Source: Thermoplasmata archaeon
Lineage (GTDB): Archaea; Thermoplasmatota; SW-10-69-26; JACQPN01; JAJPHT01
DNA length: 28,082 bases
Direction: 5' to 3'
Assembly: GCA_034667685.1 (NCBI GenBank)
Contig: JAXDQU010000070.1
Span: forward strand, 1 to 28,082
A model generated the notes under the pieces. That model made no database searches. It was not told the DNA's origin and worked only from the letters and a program-made list of their open reading frames with translations. This document shows positions 6,660 through 14,178 of the stretch, piece after piece. Each line of letters begins with the position of its first letter. Position 1 is the stretch's first letter. A program made the position numbers and the translations under genes.

Positions 6660-7160
6660 ATGACCGATGGACGGGATTGGATCTCACCGCGCGATGTGGT
6701 CGCACGCCACGTGTTCGAGCACCCGGGGGTCCACCAGCGCCGCCTCGCGCGCGAGCTGGGGCTGGCGAGCGCGACGGTGCACCACCACGTGCGGCTCCTC
6801 CTGGCGTCGGGCCGCGTCGTCGCGCAGCGCGACGGCCGCTACGTGCGCTACTTCGCGCCCGCCGCGAGCGTGCAGGCGCGCGAGCTGGGCAGCCTCGCGG
6901 CGCGCGAGAAGCCCTCGCGGATCCTGCGCGCGCTGCTCGCCGCCGAGCCGGCGGACGTCCAGGAGCTCGCTCGCGCGACGGGCCTGCGGTCCGCGACCGT
7001 CGGGGCCAACCTGATGCGGCTCGCTCGCGCCGGCGCCGTCGTGCGCGAGCGGATCGATCGCCGCTACGTCTACCGGCTCGACGAGGCCTCGCGCGCCTTC
7101 TTCTCCGGGCTGGCCGCCGCGCCGGGCCGCGAAGCCTCGCCCGAAGGCGCGCCGACCTGA
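6660..7160 (+). CDS. Tandem winged helix-turn-helix transcriptional regulator (ArsR/MarR-like, HVO_0163-like architecture)
   Basis: HPGVHQRRLARELGLASATVHHHVRLL...RDGRYVRYF, and a second wHTH VQELARATGLRSATVGANLMRLARAGAV...RRYVYRL. Confidence 0.82.
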   Translation: MTDGRDWISPRDVVARHVFEHPGVHQRRLARELGLASATVHHHVRLLLASGRVVAQRDGRYVRYFAPAASVQARELGSLAAREKPSRILRALLAAEPADVQELARATGLRSATVGANLMRLARAGAVVRERIDRRYVYRLDEASRAFFSGLAAAPGREASPEGAPT

Positions 7161-7227
7161 GCAGCCCGGCGGCTGCGGCGGGGCGAGCGTCATGCGGGGC
7201 CGCGCGGCTCGCGGGGCGAGGCACGAC

Positions 7228-7485
7228 ATGATCCGCACGCTCCCCTTCGCTCTGGCCGTCCTGCTCGCCGTTCCGCTCGCGGCGCCCCCCGCCGCCGCGC
7301 AGACCGAGTGCACGCGCACCGACGTCGCGGTGGACGGCGCGACCTTCCTCTCGATCTACGGCGGCCCGCTCTGCCCCGCGCACGTCGTCGTCTACCTCTG
7401 CCACGCGCGCTACATGGGCGGCGGCGGCACCGCGCTCGACGACCTCACGTGGGACTGCGTCGCCCTCACGACGCTCTACGCGTAG
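7228..7485 (+). CDS. Small secreted Cys-rich hypothetical protein (85 aa)
   Basis: Signal peptide MIRTLPFALAVLLAVPLAAPPAAA and 4 Cys in a ~60-aa mature part. GAGG upstream of ATG 7228. Confidence 0.68.
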   Translation: MIRTLPFALAVLLAVPLAAPPAAAQTECTRTDVAVDGATFLSIYGGPLCPAHVVVYLCHARYMGGGGTALDDLTWDCVALTTLYA

Positions 7486-7545
7486 GGCCGATCCACGCGA
7501 AACGATCCCCAAACGCACGTATCCCAAGAGCGACACTCCCCCGGC

Positions 7546-8502
7546 GTGGACGAGCTTCTGGCGCGCCTGCGCGCCGGCCCGACGCTCTGGGTGCTGCACA
7601 ACAGCGCCGACCCCGATTGCGTCGGCAGCGCCCACGCGCTCGCGCGCGCCTTCGGCGGCGTGGCCTGCGCGCCCGGGGGGCTCTCGCGCGACGGGCGCGC
7701 GCTCGCGGAGCGGCTCGGCCTCGCGCTCGACCCGTGGCCGCACCCGGAGCAGTTCGCGAACGTCGTCGCCGTCGACACCTCCTCGCGCGCGCAGATGGGG
7801 CGCCTGGGCCCCCTCGTCCCGCGGCCGTCGCTCGTGGACCACCACCGCTACGGCGACCTCCAAGCCGAGGCGCCCGCCGCGGCGTGGGACCCGACGCGCG
7901 CCTCGTGCTGCGAGGTCGTGCTGGCGCTGCTCGATCGGGCCGGCGTGACGCCCACGCGCGAGGCCGCGTTCGGTCTGCTCGTGGGGCTCGTCACCGACAC
8001 CGCGCGCTTCCGCTACGCCGACGCGCGCACGCTGCGCGACGCGGCGCGGCTCGTCGAGGCCAGCGGCGCCACGGTGGAGGCGGTCGTCGAGCTGCTGGAG
8101 CGCGCGCAGGACGAGGCGGGCGACGACGTCTCCGCGCGCAAGGCGACGCTCGTGGCCGCCACGCGCGCCAAGGTCGACCAGTGGGGCGGCTGGCTCGTGG
8201 CGACCAGCGAGATCGGCGCGCACGACGCGAGCGCCGCGCAAGCCTTGGTCCGCGCGGGCGCCGACCTCGCGCTCGTCGCGGTGGAGAAGCCGACGCACGC
8301 GCGCATGACGATGCGCTGCTCGACGCGCGCCCGCGACGCGGGCCTGCACCTGGGCGAGCTCGCCAACGCCGCGGCCCGTGACGCGGGCTGGAGCGGCGGA
8401 GGCCACGATGCCGCCGCGGGGCTCCAGGGCCCGCCCCCGCTTCCGCCCGTGCGCGATGCCCTCCTGCGTCTCGCGCGCCAGAAGTTGGAGGTCAGCGAAT
8501 GA
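7546..8502 (+). CDS. DHH/DHHA1 family phosphoesterase
   Basis: Motifs HNSADPD, VAVDT, VDHH, GLVTDT and C-terminal GGGH. Confidence 0.88.
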   Translation: MDELLARLRAGPTLWVLHNSADPDCVGSAHALARAFGGVACAPGGLSRDGRALAERLGLALDPWPHPEQFANVVAVDTSSRAQMGRLGPLVPRPSLVDHHRYGDLQAEAPAAAWDPTRASCCEVVLALLDRAGVTPTREAAFGLLVGLVTDTARFRYADARTLRDAARLVEASGATVEAVVELLERAQDEAGDDVSARKATLVAATRAKVDQWGGWLVATSEIGAHDASAAQALVRAGADLALVAVEKPTHARMTMRCSTRARDAGLHLGELANAAARDAGWSGGGHDAAAGLQGPPPLPPVRDALLRLARQKLEVSE

Positions 8503-8990
8503 CGAAGAAGCGCGTGAAGTACCAGTACGAGGTCGCGCCCGACGTGCAGGCGCGGCTCGAGGAGATCGTACGGATGCTGCCCGACGACTTCGCGCACGTG
8601 GACGTGCGGCGCGTCGTGTGCTATCGTTCCCGCGGCAGCACGGCGCGCATCTACGCGCGCATCTGGAGCCTGCCGGGCATCTGGCAGGCCGCGCTGGGCG
8701 TGGAGGCGCACTACGTCATCGAGGTCGTGGAGCGGTTCGACCGCGAGAGCGTCGAGGAGCAGGAGAAGACGCTGATCCACGAGCTGCTCCACATCCCGAA
8801 GACGTTCAGCGGCGCGCTCGTGCCGCACAACTGCTTCGGCAAGAAGATCAACTGCGCCGCCGAAGGCCGCCTCCACCAGAAGCTGGAGATCGCCCGCGCC
8901 CTGGAGGTCCGCCTGCAGGGGCCCGCCGGGCAAGCCGTCAATATGACGGGCCCGTTGAAGCGCCAGGCTACTCAGAACGGCGTTAATTAG
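8499..8990 (+). CDS. Putative archaeal HEXXH metallopeptidase
   Basis: RS.GS.ARIYARIW...YVIEV..RFD...KTLIHELLHIPKTFSGAL. ATGA overlap with the DHH gene. Confidence 0.8.
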   Translation: MTKKRVKYQYEVAPDVQARLEEIVRMLPDDFAHVDVRRVVCYRSRGSTARIYARIWSLPGIWQAALGVEAHYVIEVVERFDRESVEEQEKTLIHELLHIPKTFSGALVPHNCFGKKINCAAEGRLHQKLEIARALEVRLQGPAGQAVNMTGPLKRQATQNGVN

Positions 8991-9018
8991 ATGCACGGAC
9001 CCGCCCCATGGTGTCCCG

Positions 9019-9312
9019 GTGCGTCGCGTGCAGTCTGAAGGGTTCGTCTTCGAAGAGAAGCCGGTCTATGACTGGAACCACGTCCCCATCGGGACCGTCA
9101 GCGGGGCCGTCCGTGATCCCAAGACGCGCGCTGCCCGCCAGCTCGTGCTCCGCCTCTCGCCGGAGGCCCAGACCGAGCTGGGCACCGACGAGAAGACGCT
9201 GGAGCTGCCCGCCAGCCTCGTCTTCGGCGTCCGCCGCGACTCCGTGACGCTCGACCGCTCGCTCTCCGAGCTCAAGAAGATCGACTTCTTTGGAAGCGTT
9301 TTGAAGCGCTAA
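9019..9312 (+). CDS. PRC-barrel domain protein
   Basis: KPVYDWNHVPIGTVSGAVRDPKT...LVL...LPASLVFGVRRDSVTL matches the PRC-barrel pattern. TTAATTAG TATA-like box at 8983-8990. Confidence 0.7.
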   Translation: MRRVQSEGFVFEEKPVYDWNHVPIGTVSGAVRDPKTRAARQLVLRLSPEAQTELGTDEKTLELPASLVFGVRRDSVTLDRSLSELKKIDFFGSVLKR

Positions 9313-9347
9313 AAAAAGGGATCCGGGGCCCCGCGAAGGAGCCCCGG
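9311..9347 (-). terminator. Hairpin + U-tract terminator of aglB, between convergent genes
   Basis: CCGGGGC (9323-9329)/GCCCCGG (9341-9347) stem, followed on the minus strand by T7 (9317-9311). Confidence 0.65.
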
Positions 9348-9360
9348 GCGGCGTCGGACC

Positions 9361-12300
9361 TCAGGGGCTCTTCGTGAGCTTGAGGTCGAGCGCCTTGTCG
9401 TCGCCCACGCTCACCGTGAACGCCTGCCGGACGTTGTACTTCGTGCCGTCGGCGGCGTTGTAGCTGGCGGTCGCGACGTAGCTGCCGGGCGCCAGGCTCA
9501 CGGTGTAGTTGCCGTTGGCGTCGGCCAGCGCGCTGCCGGCCTTCGCGCCGTTGGGCGCCGTGGCGTTGGTGTCCGGGCTGAACGTGAGCGGGACGAAGTT
9601 CGCCGTCTCGTTCACGTCCTGCACGCCGTTGTCGTTGAGGTCGGCCCACGCGGTGCCGTGGAGCTGCGCGGGCTTGGGCTCGAGGCCGACGTCGTGCGTC
9701 ACGGTGCCGCCGGCCTGCACTTCCACCTGCGCGGTGCTGGCGGTGACGTTGCGCGCGCTGTCCGCGACGGTCACGTTCTGGACGCCGGCCGGGACGCCGC
9801 TGAGCGTGTAGTTGCCGCTCGCGTCGGTGGTCGTCGTCTTGCCGCCGATGGTCACGTTCTCGTTGGGGACGGCCGTGTCGTTGTCGGCGTTGAACTGGCC
9901 GTTGCCGTCCTTGTCGTCGTAGACCATGCCCTGCACGGTGCCGGGCTGGAGCGTCAGGTCGCCGGTGACGTTGGCGCCCTGCTCGGCCTGGTCGCGCGTG
10001 ATGTCCAGGTGCAGGCGTCCGACCTCGGCGCCGCCGCGCGTGACGACCAGCGTCGTGTTGCCGCCGGCCGTCGCGAAGGGCGCGAGGATCGTGTAGCGGC
10101 CGCTCGCGTCGGTCGTCGTGGTGGCGTGGGGCACGTTGAGCTGCTCGGGCGTGATCTGGGCCTGGATGCTCGGGTCGAGCGTCGGCCAGACCATGGCGCC
10201 CGCGTCGTCGAGCGCGGTGACGCTGACGCCGGCCTGGGGCGTGCCGTCCTGCGTGATGGTGCCCGAGACGACCGCGCCGGGGTAGTACTGGAGCATCTTG
10301 AGGCCCGAGTTGACGTACACCAGGCGGAAGTGCTCCAGCCCGTAGCCGGGGAGCGGCGCGAGGAGCGCGTTCTCGACCTTGTCGCCCAGGAGCGGCTGGC
10401 CGGGCGTGCCCGGGTTGAGCGGGCGGCCCACGTAGGCGCGGTAGAACATCGAGTTCAGGAACGGCTGCTGGTACTCCAGGCGCTCCGAGGTGGCCTGCAC
10501 GCGGTTGACCGGGTTGCGCAGGAGGTTGTCGTATTGCGTCTGGTTGACGTGGCTCTGCCCGACCGCGTACATCGTCGTGACGTAGTCGTCGACGTTCTGG
10601 CCCGCGAGCTTGACGGGGGCGTAGAAGATGCCGGCGCTGTCGATCTGCGGCGAGGTCTGCGGGTCGGGGTTGTCGATCGGCATCATGCGGAAGTCCGCGG
10701 CGAAGTAGCGGATCTTCGCGCCGGTGCGCGACTCGAGCGTGGAGAGGAGCTTGGCGCTCTGGTCCAGGTTGAGGTCGGGGACGAACTTGTACTGGTGGAG
10801 CAGCGCGAGGTCGCCCGTGGCGTCCGTGCTGCCCGCGCCGGTGAGGGCGCTCTGCGCGTCCGCGCCGGGCATGTCGACGAGGCGCGCGGCGAGGAGCTGC
10901 ACGGCCGCGGTCTCGTTCTGGCTGATGATGAAGTTCGCCGAGTAGTCGTACGCGTTCTGGAAGTTGTCCGCGACGGTGGGGTGGTTGCCCACGTAGATGG
11001 CCCAGTGGCCGTAGTCCCACCACGAGAGGAACGCGGGGCGCTTGGCGATGTCGCTCTGGTTGTGGTCCCAGTTGTCGAGCCACGTGAGGCCGTCCTCCCA
11101 ATACTGCGGGAGGAAGCTCTCGCCGTACGCGCCGAAGCGCTCGTTGTAGAGCCCCTTGAGGAAGCCGGAGTTGGTGTTCGCGGCCCACTTCTGCTCGTCG
11201 ACGGGCGGGATGGACGCATCGGCGGCGAAGAGCGCGTTGGGGAGCACGAGCAGGAGCACGAGGAGCACGACGCCCACGATGTGCATGGGGCGGACGCCCT
11301 TGCGGAGGCCCTGGCCCGCGCTCATGGCCTTGCGGATGCGGCCGAAGTCGAGCCAGTCCCAGACCCAGACCGTCATGAACGCGCCGAAGACGGCGAAGAC
11401 CGGGATCGCATTGAACAGGAAGCGCTCCGCCGCGTGCGCCATGTAGAGCGCGACCGCGCCCATCACGAGCGCGAAGAGCACGGCGCGGCCCGGGTGCTGC
11501 TTCTGCGTGAAGAGCAGGACGAACCAGCCGATCAGCGCGAGGAAGAACACGAGGGGCCCGACGCCGAAGACCATCATCGAGAGGGGCGTCGTCTGCGCCT
11601 CGGCGATGGTGGTGTAGAGCGCGGTCTGCTTGAAGTAGACCGTGGCGTAGAGGAGCGACTGCGCGACGTCCGGGAAGACGAAGAACGCCACGAGCGCGCC
11701 GAGCACCGCGATGACCAGCGCGATGGGGAAGACGAGGATCGTGGGCATGTCGCGCGTGGGCACGAGGATCAGGCCCGCGACGAAGAACGCGCCGACGATG
11801 TACCACGCCGCCTGGAGGAAGCTGGTCAGGCCCGCCTGCGAGTAGTAGGGGTAGGCGAGCACCATGCCCACGAGCATGGCGAGCAGCGTCGCGAACCAGA
11901 TGCCCAGCGAGTCGCGGCTCTTCCAGTGGTCGAGGACCATGGCGAGACCGGCGTAGAGGAACATCGTGCCGATCACGTAGGGGAAGCCCTTCCACATCAG
12001 CGCGACCGCCGCGATGGAGAGGCCGGTGAGCAGCGCGTAGCCCAGGCCCGCGCGGCGCTCGCGGAAGAAGCGGCCCAGGCCGCTGGAGACGGCGGAGCCG
12101 TCGCGCCAGCGCGGGACCCAGTTGCCGTCGCCGCGGAAGTGCTCGACGGTCTTGATGTAGAACATGAACGCCAGCGAGGCGAAGAAGAGGACCGCCGCGT
12201 AGTGGCGCGAGTCGCCCAGGCCGGTCACGTCGATGGCCTCGGCGCTGAAGACCCAGAAGGCGGCCGCGACCAGGCCGACGCGCCGGTCGAAGAGCCACTT

Positions 12301-12744
12301 GCCCATGAAGTAGACGGGGATCGTGGTCAGCGCGCCGTAGACGGCGGGCGCCCACTCCGTCGCCCACCACGTGGCGACCTGGAGCGAGCTAAGGCCGTGC
12401 GCGGCGTCCGCGCTGAAGAAGGGGGAGAGCAGCGCGCCGGCGACGGCGACGCTCCACTCGTAGAGCGGCGGGTTCGGGTTGACCGCGCCGTAGGGATAGT
12501 TCAGGAGCGGGTCGTGGACCAGCGTCTTGTAGCCGTTCGCCTGGATCGCGTCGATCGCGCGCTTCTCATAGTAAGGGTCGGACCCGCCGGAGAGGGCGAA
12601 CTTCCCGTCTGCCTCGTGGGCGGCGTCCAGGTTCCAGTAGGACCGCAGGAAGAGGGCGGCCAGGACGAGGACGAGCAGCGTGAGCGCGACGGCCCAGCCG
12701 CTGCCCTTGGTCGTCTGCGGCGCGGTGGTGGTACGGACGGCCAT
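9361..12744 (-). CDS. aglB: Oligosaccharyltransferase AglB (STT3 family) with C-terminal carboxypeptidase-regulatory/SdrD-B-like beta-sandwich extension
   Basis: SDPYY, DPLLNYPYG, TIAE, ERF, SWWDYGH and DNFQN motifs, many TM helices, and C-terminal G-x-V...DxxGxY repeats. AGGTG SD before ATG 12744. Confidence 0.93.
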   Translation of the reverse strand: MAVRTTTAPQTTKGSGWAVALTLLVLVLAALFLRSYWNLDAAHEADGKFALSGGSDPYYEKRAIDAIQANGYKTLVHDPLLNYPYGAVNPNPPLYEWSVAVAGALLSPFFSADAAHGLSSLQVATWWATEWAPAVYGALTTIPVYFMGKWLFDRRVGLVAAAFWVFSAEAIDVTGLGDSRHYAAVLFFASLAFMFYIKTVEHFRGDGNWVPRWRDGSAVSSGLGRFFRERRAGLGYALLTGLSIAAVALMWKGFPYVIGTMFLYAGLAMVLDHWKSRDSLGIWFATLLAMLVGMVLAYPYYSQAGLTSFLQAAWYIVGAFFVAGLILVPTRDMPTILVFPIALVIAVLGALVAFFVFPDVAQSLLYATVYFKQTALYTTIAEAQTTPLSMMVFGVGPLVFFLALIGWFVLLFTQKQHPGRAVLFALVMGAVALYMAHAAERFLFNAIPVFAVFGAFMTVWVWDWLDFGRIRKAMSAGQGLRKGVRPMHIVGVVLLVLLLVLPNALFAADASIPPVDEQKWAANTNSGFLKGLYNERFGAYGESFLPQYWEDGLTWLDNWDHNQSDIAKRPAFLSWWDYGHWAIYVGNHPTVADNFQNAYDYSANFIISQNETAAVQLLAARLVDMPGADAQSALTGAGSTDATGDLALLHQYKFVPDLNLDQSAKLLSTLESRTGAKIRYFAADFRMMPIDNPDPQTSPQIDSAGIFYAPVKLAGQNVDDYVTTMYAVGQSHVNQTQYDNLLRNPVNRVQATSERLEYQQPFLNSMFYRAYVGRPLNPGTPGQPLLGDKVENALLAPLPGYGLEHFRLVYVNSGLKMLQYYPGAVVSGTITQDGTPQAGVSVTALDDAGAMVWPTLDPSIQAQITPEQLNVPHATTTTDASGRYTILAPFATAGGNTTLVVTRGGAEVGRLHLDITRDQAEQGANVTGDLTLQPGTVQGMVYDDKDGNGQFNADNDTAVPNENVTIGGKTTTTDASGNYTLSGVPAGVQNVTVADSARNVTASTAQVEVQAGGTVTHDVGLEPKPAQLHGTAWADLNDNGVQDVNETANFVPLTFSPDTNATAPNGAKAGSALADANGNYTVSLAPGSYVATASYNAADGTKYNVRQAFTVSVGDDKALDLKLTKSP

Positions 12745-12776
12745 TCGATGACACCTGAAGCGGACCCGGCGAGGAC

Positions 12777-12838
12777 GAACGAATTCGTTCCCGAGCCTCC
12801 CGGGGGCCGGCTCGCATTCCCTTTCCCCTATAAGAATC
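12777..12838 (-). promoter_or_regulatory. Putative aglB promoter: TATA-like box plus downstream 14-bp perfect palindrome
   Basis: Minus-strand ATTCTTATAGG around 12838-12828, and perfect palindrome GAACGAATTCGTTC at 12777-12790. Confidence 0.45.
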
Positions 12839-12973
12839 ATGGGAAGGCCGGAACCCCGGCGCGACCCTCGCCCGAAGGGGCCGAAGCGCGAGAATTCCTG
12901 GCCGATCCAATTCATTACGGTTATTCAGAAGCATGGTAGATGCTTGGCGAGCATGCCAGCCCATTCATAAGTC

Positions 12974-13061
12974 GGGCTCTGGGCTCAGGACTCTGGACTC
13001 AGGGCTCCCGCTTGCCTTGCACTGGAGAGCCCTGAGTCCAGAGTCCTGAGCCCAGAGACCC
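12974..13061. repeat. Palindromic element with arms made of tandem heptamers (GGRCTCW)
   Basis: Perfect 31-bp inverted repeat 12977-13007/13027-13057 with a 19-nt spacer. Left side reads GGGCTCT GGGCTCA GGACTCT GGACTCA GGGCTCC. Lies just past the prs stop. Confidence 0.92.
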
Positions 13062-13066
13062 AGCGC

Positions 13067-13927
13067 TCAGCCCATCTCCGTGAACACGTCGGCGATCACC
13101 GGCGCGCACCCCACGGCCGAGACCTCCGTCTCGATCGCGTCCGTGCAGACGACCTCGTCGCACCCCGCCCCGCGCAGCCGTTCGAGGGCGTGGTTCAGGA
13201 AGAGACCGTGCGTGCAGGCGGCCACGACGCGCTTGGCGCCCTGGCGCTTCAGCTCGGCGGCGGCCGTCGCGATGGTGCCGCCCGTGCTGATGATGTCGTC
13301 GAGGATGGCCACGGTCTTGCCGCGCACGTCGAGCTGCTTGGGGCGCATGACGACCTCCGTGCCCGAGAGGCGCGTCTTCTCCAGGTGGTCGAAGTCGACG
13401 CCGAGGCACTTGGCGGCGAGCGCCGCGCGGTCGAGCGCCCCCTTGTCGGGAGCGAGCACCGTGTCGACGCCGCGCCCTTCGAGGTGCTTGGCGAGGAGCG
13501 GCACCGCGCTGACGCCGTGCGCCTCGATGCCGAAGAAGCCCAGGATGTGCTCCTTGTGCGGGTCCACCGTCACGAAGCGGTCGGCCTTCAGGTCCAGGAG
13601 CTGCGCGATGGCCTTCGCGGAGACGATCTCGCCCTCCTGGAAGACGCGGTCCTGGCGCGAGTAGGCGAAGTAGGGGACGACGACGCTGATCTCGCGCGCG
13701 CCCTGGTCGTGCGCCGCCTCCTCCAGGAAGAGCAGCTCGACGAGCGCGCTGGTGGGGTAGGTCGTCTGCACGATGACGACGTGCTCGTCGCGGACGCGCT
13801 CCTGGAGCCGCACGTAGACCTCGCCGTCGGGGAACACCTTGTGCTCCACGGAAACGAGGTCTGCCCCCAGGATGCCCGCCAGCTCCTTCGCGCACCGGTG
13901 GGAGGAGCTGCCCGCCACGACCTTCAT
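13067..13927 (-). CDS. prs: Ribose-phosphate pyrophosphokinase (archaeal type)
   Basis: FPDGEVYVR, PYFAYSRQD, VDPH, APDKGA, and PRPP-binding ILDDIISTGGT. ATG 13927 has TTTTCAT ~25 nt upstream. Confidence 0.95.
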   Translation of the reverse strand: MKVVAGSSSHRCAKELAGILGADLVSVEHKVFPDGEVYVRLQERVRDEHVVIVQTTYPTSALVELLFLEEAAHDQGAREISVVVPYFAYSRQDRVFQEGEIVSAKAIAQLLDLKADRFVTVDPHKEHILGFFGIEAHGVSAVPLLAKHLEGRGVDTVLAPDKGALDRAALAAKCLGVDFDHLEKTRLSGTEVVMRPKQLDVRGKTVAILDDIISTGGTIATAAAELKRQGAKRVVAACTHGLFLNHALERLRGAGCDEVVCTDAIETEVSAVGCAPVIADVFTEMG

Positions 13928-13982
13928 GCCACGGGCCAGGCGGGACGCGATGAAAAGCGTTTGGACGCAGATTCTCGCGCCT

Positions 13983-14067
13983 CTTCCGCTTCCGATTCCC
14001 CTTCCGCTTCCGCTGCGGCCAGTCCAGAATGATAGCAAGGTGCGCTCGCCCGCTTGTCCGCATGCCC
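13983..14067. repeat. Intergenic tandem hexamer (CTTCCG x5) and degenerate octamer arrays
   Basis: CTTCCG CTTCCG ATTCCC CTTCCG CTTCCG (13983-14012) and GCTCGCCC GCTTGTCC GCATGCCC (14044-14067), between the divergent prs and lonB genes. Confidence 0.7.
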
Positions 14068-14178
14068 GTTTCTGCCGGTGTCCGCTGCAGGGTTTTCCTG
14101 TGGCGGACCCAGTCTTCCTCCCTTACGAGAAGCCTTAAAGGTGTGGAGGCGTAAGGCGGGGAACGTCCGGGACTTGAC

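Noticed and set aside
9272-12939. Very long ORFs 9272..12370 (-) and 9658..12939 (+)
   Set aside because: Shadow frames of aglB. They are Arg/Gly/Ala-rich, have no motifs and are expected in high-GC DNA.
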